DNA of 64,000 nt from Candidatus Limnocylindrales bacterium. Lineage in GTDB: Bacteria > Moduliflexota > Moduliflexia > Moduliflexales > JAUQPW01. The translations under genes and the position numbers were made by a program. Under the pieces are notes generated by a model. The model had not been told where the DNA came from. It ran no database searches and saw nothing but the letters and a program-made list of their open reading frames with translations. Where the stretch lies: contig DATMBG010000037.1 in assembly GCA_035559535.1 (NCBI GenBank), forward strand, positions 62,001 through 126,000, written 5' to 3'. Every line of letters starts with the position of its first letter. Position 1 is the stretch's first letter. Below, piece after piece: positions 48,278-58,989 of this stretch.

Positions 48278-49777
48278 TTGCTTCTGGTCATGTTATACAC
48301 CCGGCTTAAATTAAGCATTGTATTGATTCTTCTGCTTGGATTTGTTCCTTCTTCTTCCCAGGCAAATACACTGGAACTCGTTTTTGAGGATGGGCGATCC
48401 CGGAGTACCCTTTATACCTTATCTGAAGGTGGGGTCGAATATATTCCTTTAAACCAGGTAGTTCAGGCCTTTAATTTAAGCAGGAACTGGGATTCCCTCA
48501 ACGGGATGATTCTTTTGAGTTATCGAGGCAGAACGGCTTCCATCACTCCCGATCAACCCATTGCTATCGTTGAGCGGCGTTCTTATTCCTTTAAAAATTC
48601 CCCAAAATATATAGAAGGTATTTTGATGATCCCCCTGGACTATGTCATAAATATTCTTCCCCTTCTGTATGATAAAGAGATGAGTTGGGATTCTTCCCGG
48701 CGGGTGCTGAGAATTGGTAGCAGTCGAATCGAAATTGCTTCCATTCAACATGCCGTTTATACTGACTACACGCGGATTGTTATCCAGACCAATAAATCCA
48801 TTGCCTACAAAGTGGTCGAGAAACTTCCAGCCCTTCTCATCCTCGATCTTCCTGAAGCCAGTTTTATACTTCCCAATAATCCCCTTCAAGTAGGGAGTAA
48901 CGTGGTAAAAACCGTCAAAGTTATCAACAGTTATGGGACTACTCAGGTTTTGATCAATTTAGGGGAGCAATTTGCCAGCTATAATCACTTTGCCTTGAAC
49001 GATCCTCCTCGTATTGTGGTGGATGTGTATAGTACGCCGGGAGGAGGGAATATGGCAAGAAAAGAAGAGAAAACGCCTCCGGAAGGTGAATCGCTAAATC
49101 CTCTGAATATTCTTCCGAAGGCAAAGACTCCGACCACGGTAAGGGCCGTTATTATAGACCCCGGACATGGTGGAAGAGATAATGGCATTGCTCTAGGTCC
49201 CGACCTTTGGGAAAAAGATATTACGCTGACCGTGGCCCAAAAGCTGAGCGAATCCATTCGGCGAAGATTAGGAGTGCGCGTGATTTTAACCCGGAATGCC
49301 AACGAGAATCTTTCTCCTGTCGAACGGACGACCTTAGCCAACAGTACCAAAGCAGATTTGTTTATCAGCCTGCATGTGAATAATAGCTTTTCTCCCAATA
49401 CCCGAGGGTTTGAAGTTTATACCCTGGATGCGCCCGGTATCTCAGATAATACGAACCCGGAGGCCCTTTTGGTTAAGGCCTCAGCCCTGGATCATGCCCA
49501 GGAAACCTATTTAGATAAAAGCGAACGTCTGGCAAATTATATTGTCACGGCTTATAATGAAGAAACAAAATCTAAAGATGCCAGAAGTAAAAAAGCCCCT
49601 CTTTTGGTTCTAAAAGGAGCCACAATGCCAGCCGTTCAAATTGAAATGGGTTATTTTTCCAATCCTGTAGATAAAGAAAAAATCACCCAGGAAGACTTTC
49701 AAAGGCTGATCGTTAAGGTGATTACAGATGGGATTGTAAACTTTAAAAGATATCTGGAGCAAGTCAGTTTGAACTGA
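48278..49777 (+). CDS. N-acetylmuramoyl-L-alanine amidase (Amidase_3) with AMIN-like domain
   Basis: IDPGHGG, EK, SLHVN and IEMGY motifs; PPRIVVD. Confidence 0.92.
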   Translation: MLLVMLYTRLKLSIVLILLLGFVPSSSQANTLELVFEDGRSRSTLYTLSEGGVEYIPLNQVVQAFNLSRNWDSLNGMILLSYRGRTASITPDQPIAIVERRSYSFKNSPKYIEGILMIPLDYVINILPLLYDKEMSWDSSRRVLRIGSSRIEIASIQHAVYTDYTRIVIQTNKSIAYKVVEKLPALLILDLPEASFILPNNPLQVGSNVVKTVKVINSYGTTQVLINLGEQFASYNHFALNDPPRIVVDVYSTPGGGNMARKEEKTPPEGESLNPLNILPKAKTPTTVRAVIIDPGHGGRDNGIALGPDLWEKDITLTVAQKLSESIRRRLGVRVILTRNANENLSPVERTTLANSTKADLFISLHVNNSFSPNTRGFEVYTLDAPGISDNTNPEALLVKASALDHAQETYLDKSERLANYIVTAYNEETKSKDARSKKAPLLVLKGATMPAVQIEMGYFSNPVDKEKITQEDFQRLIVKVITDGIVNFKRYLEQVSLN

Positions 49778-49787
49778 GGTTATGTAA

Positions 49788-50375
49788 ATGCGTGAACGGC
49801 GTTGGTTTTTACCGATTGTATTGACGACAATTGGGATACTCTCTCTGGGACTTGCCCTTTACTTCCTTTACTTTTCCAGTCACTCTGGTTCTTTGAGCTT
49901 AATTGGAAATGAGACGACCCAGGATGCCGGTATCCGGCTGTCAGGTCCTACTAAAAAGATAGCTGTATTTCTTATTGCCGGTGATGGGGGTTCTTTAACA
50001 ACTTTAGAAAAAGAGATCCCCGGGGATCTGACTCTCATTGAGCAGGTTAAGGCAGCGGTTCAAAACCTTCTCAGCAAACCCCCTGAAGGGTTGATGACTC
50101 CTCTTCCAGACGGTACCCGGCTTCAAAGTTTGTTTATAGATTCTTCGGGAAACGCTTATTTAGACTTTAGTCGTGAAATTCAGCAGAGCCACATCGGAGG
50201 TTTGACGGCAGAGCTCCTGACGGTGGGAGCCATTGTAAATACCCTTCTGTTTAATTTTAAGGAAATTAAAGGAGTTCAATTATTGGTGGAAGGCTCTGAA
50301 ATTGAAACTTTGGCCGGTCATATAGACTGTACAAAACCTTTTTCCCAGATGCTTATGCTTGAAAATAAAACCTAA
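49788..50375 (+). CDS. GerMN-domain protein
   Basis: N-terminal TM; AYLDFS, AIVNTL and ETLAGHID motifs. Confidence 0.9.
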   Translation: MRERRWFLPIVLTTIGILSLGLALYFLYFSSHSGSLSLIGNETTQDAGIRLSGPTKKIAVFLIAGDGGSLTTLEKEIPGDLTLIEQVKAAVQNLLSKPPEGLMTPLPDGTRLQSLFIDSSGNAYLDFSREIQQSHIGGLTAELLTVGAIVNTLLFNFKEIKGVQLLVEGSEIETLAGHIDCTKPFSQMLMLENKT

Positions 50376-50434
50376 GGAACTATTCAGCAACCCAAAGGCC
50401 CTTGAAGAGTAAAAAAGTTTTCTATCCCTTCAGG

Positions 50435-50463
50435 GTAGGGGCAGGTTTAAAACCTACTCCTAC
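50435..50463. repeat. GTAG-type REP-like palindrome
   Basis: GTAGGGGCAGGTTTAAAACCTACTCCTAC. Confidence 0.7.
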
Positions 50464-50510
50464 TGGGTAGTGAGATCATGGGGGGCTGGATAGTTACAAT
50501 TTATTCATCC

Positions 50511-51248
50511 ATGCGAGTTGATGGACGACAACCCAATAAACTAAGGCCTGTTAAGATTACCCGAAATTATATCAAATATGCCGAGGGATCGGTATTGATA
50601 GAAGTCGGAGATACCAAAGTTATCTGTACGGCCAGTATTGAAGATAAAGTACCTCCGTTTCTGAAGAATACGGGGGAAGGATGGATTACGGCAGAGTATG
50701 CCATGTTACCCAGGTCTTCAGATACACGCATTCCCCGGGATATTACCAAGGGAAAAATAGGTGGGAGAACCCATGAAATTCAGCGTCTTATCGGAAGGTC
50801 GTTAAGGGCGGTGGTGGATCTAACAAAATTAGGAGAACGTACTATCTGGCTGGACTGTGATGTAATCCAGGCCGATGGGGGTACCCGGACTGCTTCTATT
50901 ACAGGTTGTTGCATTGCGTTGTTTGATGCCTTTACCACCCTGCGAAAGGCCGGAAAGTTAGATTCTCTACCTTTACTGGATTTTGTTGCTGCAACCAGTG
51001 TGGGTATCGTAAACGGCAAGGTCTTGTTAGATCTAAACTACGCCGAGGACTCGAAAGCTGAAGTGGATATGAACATTGTGATGACAGGAAGCGGAAAGTT
51101 TGTGGAAATTCAGGGAACTGCAGAAAAGACTCCTTTCACCCCCGAGCAGATGAACGAGATGATTGCTCTGGGGACTCAAGGGGTGAAGGAGCTGATTCAA
51201 ATCCAACGAAGCATCATTGGTCAAGGTTTGTTGGGTTCTTCCCTGTAA
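50511..51248 (+). CDS. rph: Ribonuclease PH
   Basis: [27 protein letters not shown] and [12 protein letters not shown] motifs. Confidence 0.97.
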   Translation: MRVDGRQPNKLRPVKITRNYIKYAEGSVLIEVGDTKVICTASIEDKVPPFLKNTGEGWITAEYAMLPRSSDTRIPRDITKGKIGGRTHEIQRLIGRSLRAVVDLTKLGERTIWLDCDVIQADGGTRTASITGCCIALFDAFTTLRKAGKLDSLPLLDFVAATSVGIVNGKVLLDLNYAEDSKAEVDMNIVMTGSGKFVEIQGTAEKTPFTPEQMNEMIALGTQGVKELIQIQRSIIGQGLLGSSL

Positions 51249-51388
51249 CCGATGAAGGTTACCTGCCGATTTGGTGTCAGAATCCAACAAGAAAATAACC
51301 TGGCATGGGATTACCATTTATTCTAAAACGACCTGCACCGGCTCTTCCCCCCATAGGGGGCTCGTTGGACGTGGAACAGAGCTGTGAT

Positions 51389-51898
51389 TTATTCTAAAAC
51401 GACCAGCGGTTCACCGGAATTCACGGCCATACCTTCGGAGACCTTGATTTCTTTCACAATGCCACGGGTCGAAGCACGAAGTTCATTCTCCATTTTCATG
51501 GCTTCCACCACCACCACCCCCTGACCTGCTTCCACCGGGTCCCCGACCTTCACCAGGAGCTTGATAACCTTTCCCGACATGGGGGCAGAAATAATCTGCT
51601 GGCCCGGTAAGGTGGAGGCCCTGGAGATTCTGAGTCGTTTACCGGCTTCATCCAAAATCTGAATGGAATACGTTTTTCCTTTCAGGTCCACCAGGTAGCT
51701 CCCCTCTGCTTTATAGACAAAGGCCTGGTAAGAACGACCCTGAATAATCAAAGAATAAAGCAGCGGGTCCAGTTGCCGGTAATCTACCACATATTCTTTA
51801 TCCCCTATCTGAACTGTCCCAGTGGAACCGGCTGAATATTGGGCTTCTTTAATTTCCAGGGTATAAATCCGGTTGTTTACCAGAAGTTCCAGGGTCAT
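51389..51898 (-). CDS. Biotin carboxyl carrier protein of an acyl-CoA carboxylase
   Basis: APMSG and EAMKMENE biotinylation motif. Confidence 0.93.
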   Translation of the reverse strand: MTLELLVNNRIYTLEIKEAQYSAGSTGTVQIGDKEYVVDYRQLDPLLYSLIIQGRSYQAFVYKAEGSYLVDLKGKTYSIQILDEAGKRLRISRASTLPGQQIISAPMSGKVIKLLVKVGDPVEAGQGVVVVEAMKMENELRASTRGIVKEIKVSEGMAVNSGEPLVVLE

Positions 51899-51901
51899 CC
51901 T

Positions 51902-53431
51902 CTAAAATCCCCGTCTTAACGCCTGTTGTCGACCTATCCATTTCCAGGGGTTCAAGATATTCCGATCGGTTGAAGGAGTAAGTGGGGAAGAGTCTTTTCG
52001 GTTTTTATAGGCCAAAAAAGCAGCTATTAGCGCGACATCCCGAAGTTCATCGGCATCCGTTTCCTCCTGGAGGGGATACCCGGCTGAGCCATCCAGAAAT
52101 TGAGAGTCGATAAAATGGGTATGAAAATTTCCGGCGATAAAGTGGGGATTCTTCATCACCTTTTTGTGGAAAGGGATCGTAGTTTTAATTCCTAGAACCT
52201 TAAATTCATCCAGGGCCCGGGACATTCTTTGAAGGACTTCCTGGCGGTCACGTCCCCAAACGATTAACTTGGCGATCATGGAGTCGTAATATACGGAGAT
52301 CTCATCTCCCTGGAAGGTTCCACTATCAACCCGGATCCAGGGTCCAAGGGGAGGTTGTAAAACTAGAATTTTACCGGGGGAAGGCATAAAGTGATTTTCC
52401 GGGTCTTCAGCGTAAATCCGACACTCCATGGCAGCCCCGTTTAACCGGATTTCCTCCTGGGAGTAGGAGAGTCTTTCCCCGGCGGCTATTCTAAGCTGCT
52501 CCTTGACCAGATCGATTCCCGTCACCATTTCGGTTACCGGATGCTCGACCTGCAATCGGGTATTCATCTCCAGGAAATAAAAATTCTTGTTCTTATCTAC
52601 TAAAAATTCAAGGGTTCCGGCGTTGTAATACCCTGCGGCCAGGGCTGCTTTTACTGCTGTTTTGCCCATCCTTTGACGCAGGTCTGGATCTACAATGACC
52701 GAGGGGGATTCTTCGATAAGCTTTTGATGTCGACGCTGGATAGAACATTCCCTTTCTCCCAGATAAACCATTTTCCCGTACTTATCCCCCAGAACCTGAA
52801 TTTCTATGTGTCGGGGCTCTTCGATATATTTTTCCAGATACACAGAGGGATCCCCAAAGGCAGATCGGGCTTCGGAGCGAGCACTTCTCAGGGCACTCTC
52901 CATATCCCGGGAGTTCCGGACAATACGCATACCTTTTCCGCCGCCCCCCGCAGCCGCCTTGATAACAACAGGAAATCCTATCTCTTCGGCCAGGCGCATG
53001 GCCATACGGTCGTCTTCAATTACATCTTCTGTCCCCGGAACTACCGGAACCCCCTCCTGAAGAGCTATCTTCCTGGCCGCCGTTTTATTTCCCATCGCCT
53101 GGATAGCCTGACTGGATGGACCGATAAAAACCACTCCTTCTTCCTCACATCTTCGAGCAAAGGTTGCGTTCTCGGATAAGAATCCATATCCCGGATGAAT
53201 TGCTTCGACTTTGGTCGCTCGTGCAATCTCCAGAATTTTTTCTATATTGAGGTAGCTCTGAATCGCCGGAGGCGGACCGACGCAATAGGCTTCGTCGGCA
53301 TATCGTACGTGAAGGGCCTTACGATCTGCTTCGGAATAAATGGCGACTGTTGTAATCTCCAGATCCCTGCAGGCCCTGATAATCCTCAGAGCAATTTCCC
53401 CACGGTTGGCAATAAGAATTTTTTTGAACAT
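51902..53431 (-). CDS. accC: Biotin carboxylase subunit of an acyl-CoA carboxylase
   Basis: ANRGEIA, HPGYGFLSE, GGGGKGM, RECSIQRRHQK and EMNTRLQVEH motifs. Confidence 0.95.
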   Translation of the reverse strand: MFKKILIANRGEIALRIIRACRDLEITTVAIYSEADRKALHVRYADEAYCVGPPPAIQSYLNIEKILEIARATKVEAIHPGYGFLSENATFARRCEEEGVVFIGPSSQAIQAMGNKTAARKIALQEGVPVVPGTEDVIEDDRMAMRLAEEIGFPVVIKAAAGGGGKGMRIVRNSRDMESALRSARSEARSAFGDPSVYLEKYIEEPRHIEIQVLGDKYGKMVYLGERECSIQRRHQKLIEESPSVIVDPDLRQRMGKTAVKAALAAGYYNAGTLEFLVDKNKNFYFLEMNTRLQVEHPVTEMVTGIDLVKEQLRIAAGERLSYSQEEIRLNGAAMECRIYAEDPENHFMPSPGKILVLQPPLGPWIRVDSGTFQGDEISVYYDSMIAKLIVWGRDRQEVLQRMSRALDEFKVLGIKTTIPFHKKVMKNPHFIAGNFHTHFIDSQFLDGSAGYPLQEETDADELRDVALIAAFLAYKNRKDSSPLTPSTDRNILNPWKWIGRQQALRRGF

Positions 53432-54081
53432 GACCGGTAACCCTCTACTTTACAACCAGGATATGATACTTCCTAAGCTTAGACCCATTCCGGGGCAATA
53501 GCCTTTAATAACGGTGCAGTTGTCATCAAAGTACTATACGCTTTGGAAAGCTTCAAGTAAATTTTTTCTATAAAGATAATCCAGAAAGTGGGAAAGAGGC
53601 CCCCCAGGCCTTGGTAAACTAACACGCCCTTCCTGTCGAGGGATTCAGAATTCAGAATTTTCTTCAAGCTTCCTGGCCGTGTCCTGTTAGACAGGTTGCC
53701 CTGCCGGGGCTGACCTTTTCCCTTCAGTCAGGGTTTCCCAGGTCTTATCGGCCTTAACCGTCGTTTTGTGGGTTCCTTCCCATCTAACAAAGTGTTTTCT
53801 TCAATGAAGCCTATACGGTTGCTTTTCCACCTCCTTCCCGGTAAGCACCGTATCTTTTTACAGAGCAAATTTTATGCTATATTCCCAAAGGGAGACTTTA
53901 TTTGTAAAAGGGATCTTTTTTCAATAACTTATAAAAAATTATTTTAGGGAAGCCTTCTTTCTGTCTTGCTAAAGGAGACAATAAAAGAGCTATAGAGACC
54001 TACAAGTTATTTTTTATTAAATAATTGTTTGATGTCTCAGTTTCTAAGACATCTTTCTCCCTGAGAGAGATCTTTATTTTC

Positions 54082-54144
54082 TTGACAATTCAGACCGGGA
54101 ATATTAGTTTTCACATAAATCCTTATCCAGAATAGATAGATTTT
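54082..54144 (+). promoter_or_regulatory. Putative sigma70 promoter and palindromic operator upstream of thrC
   Basis: TTGACA-N17-TAGTTT followed by the imperfect palindrome AAATCCTTATC-N7-GATAGATTT. Confidence 0.45.
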
Positions 54145-54349
54145 CCCAAGAAACTTATGGAAATGACAGAATTCTTTAACCCTACAGGATGACCGAAGGG
54201 AACTTACCGATATAAGCGTTTCTGGGATGATCCTCCTTTTAAACCGTGGAAAGCGGTAGAGGTGTCTGTATTGCTTAATTTTATAAATTGTTCAGTGTCC
54301 GTTGCAAGGAACAGCAGACAACGGACAAAGGACAATGGATAGCGGACCG

Positions 54350-55609
54350 ATGAGTTACGTACGTGGATTAAAGTGTCGGGAATGTGGGCGAGAATATCCT
54401 AAGGAACCCTTACATGTCTGCGAGTTTTGTTTCGGACCATTGGAAGTTGTTTATAATTATGAAGAGATCAAACGGAATATCAGTAAGGAGAAAATTGCCG
54501 AGCGGCAGAAGAACATGTGGCGGTATAAGGAGCTCCTCCCTTTAGAAAAAGACAGCGGAATCGGTATCGATATCGGATTTACGCCGTTAATTCGTGCCCA
54601 TAACCTGGCTCAGGCTCTGGGAGTTTCTGAACTTTATCTTAAAAATGATGCGGCCAATTATCCGACCCTCTCCTTCAAAGATCGGGTTGTATCGGTAGCC
54701 TTGTCCAAGGCCAAAGAGTTCGGCTTTGATACCGTTGCCTGTGCATCTACCGGAAATCTGGCGAATTCAGTGGCAGCCATTGCAGCAGCCAGTAGCCTTC
54801 GTAGCTTTGTTTTTATCCCCTATGACCTGGAGCAGGGAAAAGTTCTTGGAACCATGATCTACGGGACCAATTTAGTAGGCATCAGGGGAAGCTACGATGA
54901 AGTCAACCGCCTGTGTAGCGAGATTGCCGGTAAATACGGTTGGGCCTTCGTCAACATCAACCTGCGCCCTTACTATGCTGAAGGTTCTAAAACCTTTGGC
55001 TACGAAATTGCCGAACAACTGGGGTGGAAGGTTCCCAAACATATCGTGGTTCCCATGGCAGGTGGATCTCTCATTACCAAGGTCTGGAAAGCCTTTAAGG
55101 AGCTGGAAAAGCTGGGTTTTGTTTCCGAGGTGGATACTAAAGTTTATGGCGCCCAGGCGACGGGGTGTGCACCTATTGTGACTGCCGTTAAGAAGAAAAG
55201 CGAGCTGATTACCCCTGTTAAACCGTCTACCATTGCCAAATCCCTGGCTATCGGTAATCCCGCCGATGGCTTTTATGCCATGGGAGTAATCCGAGAAAGT
55301 GGCGGCTGGGCCGAGGATGTATCCGATGAAGAAATCATCCAGGCCATGAAACTTTTAGCTGAAACCGAAGGAATTTTCACAGAAACTGCCGGTGGCGTCA
55401 CATTGGGGGTGACCAAGAAACTCCTGGACCAGGGAGTCATTCCCCGAGATGAATCCATTGTGGTCTCCATTACAGGAAATGGTCTAAAAACCCAGGAGGT
55501 GGTCATAGATCGTGTGGGTAAACCCATCGTCATTGAAGCTAAGCTCTCCCAATTTGATGCCCTTTATAAAGAAAAAGGGGGCAGAAAATCCATTAACCAC
55601 GAAGAATAA
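54350..55609 (+). CDS. thrC: Threonine synthase (PLP fold II, with N-terminal Cys4 motif)
   Basis: PTLSFKDR, ASTGN, EGSKT and ITGNGLKT motifs; the 54302-54349 extension is heptamer repeat. Confidence 0.88.
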   Translation: MSYVRGLKCRECGREYPKEPLHVCEFCFGPLEVVYNYEEIKRNISKEKIAERQKNMWRYKELLPLEKDSGIGIDIGFTPLIRAHNLAQALGVSELYLKNDAANYPTLSFKDRVVSVALSKAKEFGFDTVACASTGNLANSVAAIAAASSLRSFVFIPYDLEQGKVLGTMIYGTNLVGIRGSYDEVNRLCSEIAGKYGWAFVNINLRPYYAEGSKTFGYEIAEQLGWKVPKHIVVPMAGGSLITKVWKAFKELEKLGFVSEVDTKVYGAQATGCAPIVTAVKKKSELITPVKPSTIAKSLAIGNPADGFYAMGVIRESGGWAEDVSDEEIIQAMKLLAETEGIFTETAGGVTLGVTKKLLDQGVIPRDESIVVSITGNGLKTQEVVIDRVGKPIVIEAKLSQFDALYKEKGGRKSINHEE

Positions 55610-55686
55610 AAGATAGAAGATCAAAGGTCGAGGATAAAGCCTGTAGGAACTATCTTCCCTGCTTGATCTTCTATCCTCAAAGAGTT

Positions 55687-56202
55687 ATGAGCGTGATTGT
55701 CAGAATTCCAACGCCTTTAAGGAAATTAGCCGGGGGAAACGCCGAAGTTGAAGTTCAAGGAAGCACCATTTCTGAAGTTATCGACAATCTGGAAAAGTCC
55801 TATCCAGGGCTCAAGGAGCGGATCTGCGATGAAAAAGGAGCCATACGTAGGTTTGTAAATATCTACGTTCGGGAGGAAGATATTCGGTTCCTTAAAAATA
55901 TGGAAACCGAGGTAAAAGACGGAGATGTGGTCTCGATTGTACCGGCCATTGCCGGAGGTGCTATAGAAAAAAGACGGGTTTATTTAACTTTTCCTAAGGA
56001 GTTGGTTAAAGAGCCGTTGATTTATCGGGTAGGACATAAATTTGAAGTGGTTACCAACATCCGTCAGGCCAGCGTTTCCGATGAAATCGGACTTGTAGCT
56101 CTGGAGCTGGAAGGTGAACGAGAGGAAATTAAGAAAGCCATTGCCTACTTCCAGGAACAGGGGGTGAAGGTAGAACCTATCGAGATGGATGTAATCGAGT
56201 AA
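55687..56202 (+). CDS. MoaD/ThiS ubiquitin-like sulfur carrier fused to a NIL domain
   Basis: VRIPTPLR...RFVNIYV...IVPAIAGG, continuing in frame into RVYLTFP...EPLIY...TNIRQASV...GLVALEL...GVKVEPIE. Confidence 0.85.
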   Translation: MSVIVRIPTPLRKLAGGNAEVEVQGSTISEVIDNLEKSYPGLKERICDEKGAIRRFVNIYVREEDIRFLKNMETEVKDGDVVSIVPAIAGGAIEKRRVYLTFPKELVKEPLIYRVGHKFEVVTNIRQASVSDEIGLVALELEGEREEIKKAIAYFQEQGVKVEPIEMDVIE

Positions 56203-56584
56203 TTTTTAACCAACCATTCCCTGAATTTCACGAATTTTATCCTCCCAATTCGTGAAATTCTCTCCTTCTCCCCTTCTCCCCTTCTCCTTACCTCGAAGAT
56301 AAATTTTTTCTGCTTGACATTCCTATCTTGTCTGTTTATGAAAGAGTTATATCCCTTCACCACGAAAATAGGACCTGATCAGACAGGATGATCCTGACCT
56401 TACCTCCCATTTCCCTCTCCTGAAACCTCCAAAGAGGGAGCGTGAGGGGAGAGAGGATAGGCCCTCTGGGATTGTCCTTACAGGTGATGGGGCATTTCAA
56501 TGGGAAAGGGTATTCATCGTTCTTCATTAACTTTTCTACTTACTTCCTCACCCCATTTAAGTATAACTTTAAAGGAGGAAAGGC

Positions 56585-57565
56585 ATGAGACGAGTTATTT
56601 TAAGTTTGCTTTGTGGGCTTTTAGTAAGTTCTGTGATAAGTGATGGTTTGGCGGCAGAGAAAAAATTAAAATTTGCCTTTGTAGCCGGAGTAGCAGACCC
56701 CTTTTACTTCACCATGGAAAAAGGAATCCGAAAAAAGGCTCAGGAATTAGGGGTTGATCTGGTTGTTTCAGAGTATCCAAAAGCCTGGGGACCGGAAGTG
56801 CAGGTTCCTATCCTGGAAGCGGTTGCGGCCCGTGGAGATATCGATTTGATTATGACCGCTCCGACCTCCACCGAGGCGTTGATTCCGGTCCTTAAAAAAA
56901 TCCACGATCAGGGGATCGAGATCATTACCGTGGATACCTTCATCGGAGATGGGGATTATACCAAGGAAAGTAATTATAGCTTCCCTCTGGCTTATATTGG
57001 AACAGACAATAAATTGGGCGGCATCCAGGTTGCCGAACGGCTGGCCAAAATGATCGGTGAAAAGGGGAAGGTCTATATTAATACCACAAATCCCGACGTC
57101 TCCAGTGTAAGGGATCGGGTCGAAGGGTTTAAGGAAGGGATCAAAAAATATCCCAACATTGAGCTGGTAGGAATAGATTACAATCTAGATAGTCAGGAAA
57201 AGGCCCAGGCTCAAACTTTAGCCAAGCTTCAGGCTAATCCAGATATTGTAGGGATCTTCGGAACTAATCTGTTCAGCGCCCAGGGGGTTTATCAGGCTGT
57301 GGTCAATGCAGGCCTGACAGGTACCGTAAAGATCGCTTCCTGGGATGCTACCCAGGATTTGATCAATGCTCTCAAAAAAGGTCAGGTGGATCTGGTACTG
57401 GCACAACTCCCGGCTGAAATAGGTAGCCTGGCAGTGGAATGGGGTTATAAGTATTTTAAGGATAAGACTCCGATTCCTAATAAAAGGGTCGTCCCCGGTT
57501 TCCAGTTCTTTACCAAAGAAAACGTGAATGACCCTGAGATGCAGCAGTATATCTATTCCAAATAG
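56585..57565 (+). CDS. Sugar ABC transporter substrate-binding protein (RbsB-like)
   Basis: Signal peptide; DPFY, IGTDN and R..GF motifs. Confidence 0.92.
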   Translation: MRRVILSLLCGLLVSSVISDGLAAEKKLKFAFVAGVADPFYFTMEKGIRKKAQELGVDLVVSEYPKAWGPEVQVPILEAVAARGDIDLIMTAPTSTEALIPVLKKIHDQGIEIITVDTFIGDGDYTKESNYSFPLAYIGTDNKLGGIQVAERLAKMIGEKGKVYINTTNPDVSSVRDRVEGFKEGIKKYPNIELVGIDYNLDSQEKAQAQTLAKLQANPDIVGIFGTNLFSAQGVYQAVVNAGLTGTVKIASWDATQDLINALKKGQVDLVLAQLPAEIGSLAVEWGYKYFKDKTPIPNKRVVPGFQFFTKENVNDPEMQQYIYSK

Positions 57566-57654
57566 GGGATAATGGGCAGTGGATCATAAGTCTTAAAAAG
57601 GGAAGGTCCTGAGGGGTCTATTGGTCCCTTCTCCCCCTGTGGATCCACCGCCCA

Positions 57655-58746
57655 TTGTCTACTACCCCCGGTACAATCACCATGAAATCCGGCCTGAGAA
57701 GATTCCTGATCCGAGTGGGTCGGAACTGGGCCTTGTTCTTTCTCATTTTGATGCTAACTTACTTTAGCATCTTTGGGCTTGGGTTCTTCAGCCTTAAAAA
57801 CTATCAAAACATTCTCGTTGCCTCTACGACCACCCTTATGCTGGCAGCCGGGGAAACCTTCGTTATCATTACCGGAGGAATTGATCTCTCTGTAGGTTAC
57901 GTCATGGGAGCCGCAACGGTTATCGCTGCCCTTGTCATGAGAGATCTTTACAATTCCGGGGTTTCAGAATCCTTGAGTATCCTCCTGGGATGCCTGGCCG
58001 GGCTTTTTTCGGGGATAATTCCGGGATTTATCAACGGATTTCTCATCGCCAGGTTAAAAGTCCCCCCTTTTATTGCAACTCTGGGTATGTTTGGCGTAGC
58101 CCATGGGGCCGGGCTTATCCTGTCTGGTGGTTTTCCGGTTGTTAACCTGCCTCCTTCCCTGGGTTTTATTGGAAACGGTTATATTTTCTATTATCTGCCG
58201 GAAAAAGGGTTCTCTTTTCTTCAACGTCCGGAGATGGAAAGAACCGAAGTCCGAAATCTCGTTGGAATTATTCCTATCCCTGCCGTTATAGCAGCCATTG
58301 TCTTGATTATTTTTGGTTTTATATTGGCCCAGACCCGATTTGGTCAGCATACCTATGCCATTGGGGGAAATGTAGACGCGGCTCTAAGGGCCGGTATTCC
58401 GGTTTCCCGACACCTGATGATTATCTATATTATCTCGTCCATGTTTGCAGCACTGGGAGGGGTTCTGTACGTGCTTCGCTTTACTACCGGAAGTTCCCTG
58501 GCCGGAGAAGCCAGGATGCTGGATTCTATCGCAGCGGTTGTTATAGGAGGTGCCAGTCTGTTCGGAGGTACCGGTAATCTCAAGGGAACGGTGATTGGAA
58601 CCTTGATCATCGCCACTTTAGAAACCGGATTGGTTATTTTGGGCGTTCAACCCTTTTATCAATTCTTTGCCGTGGGTATCATTATTATTATCGCCGTCCT
58701 CATCGATCAGTTCTTTCCCGAAATGATCTATGAAGATGAATCCTGA
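57655..58746 (+). CDS. Sugar ABC transporter permease (RbsC-like)
   Basis: GGIDLSVG, PPFIATLG, YAIGGN and IAAVVIGGASLFGG motifs. Confidence 0.94.
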   Translation: MSTTPGTITMKSGLRRFLIRVGRNWALFFLILMLTYFSIFGLGFFSLKNYQNILVASTTTLMLAAGETFVIITGGIDLSVGYVMGAATVIAALVMRDLYNSGVSESLSILLGCLAGLFSGIIPGFINGFLIARLKVPPFIATLGMFGVAHGAGLILSGGFPVVNLPPSLGFIGNGYIFYYLPEKGFSFLQRPEMERTEVRNLVGIIPIPAVIAAIVLIIFGFILAQTRFGQHTYAIGGNVDAALRAGIPVSRHLMIIYIISSMFAALGGVLYVLRFTTGSSLAGEARMLDSIAAVVIGGASLFGGTGNLKGTVIGTLIIATLETGLVILGVQPFYQFFAVGIIIIIAVLIDQFFPEMIYEDES

Positions 58747-58786
58747 CCCCTTAGAAACAGAAGGTCAGAATTCTAAAATCGGCGTA

Positions 58787-58894
58787 ATGAAGAAAGTAGG
58801 GGAGTATGGGGGTAAGGGAGTATGGGGGTATGGAGGGGTGGGTGTGTAAGAGAATTTACCCCCATACTCCCCTACTCCCACACCTCCTCTTCAT
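58787..58894. repeat. 8-mer-based imperfect hairpin repeat
   Basis: GGAGTATG-type units and their CATACTCC complements. Confidence 0.8.
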
Positions 58895-58989
58895 GGATGA
58901 GGATTTAAAAACTGCAAAAGTATCATTAAAACCGAAACTTTTAACTGAACAGGACGTCTTAAAAATAAGAATAGAGAGGAGATAAAAAT

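Noticed and set aside
53432-54080. ORF 53479-53667 and hairpins near 53700-53750 as a gene or riboswitch for accC
   Set aside because: No recognisable protein or RNA motif; the stems are short and could be chance.
54120-54235. SAM-I riboswitch upstream of thrC (starts CTTATCCAGA)
   Set aside because: The core elements (GAGGGA..GGCCC, GCAACC, GTGC.AA.TCC) are absent.
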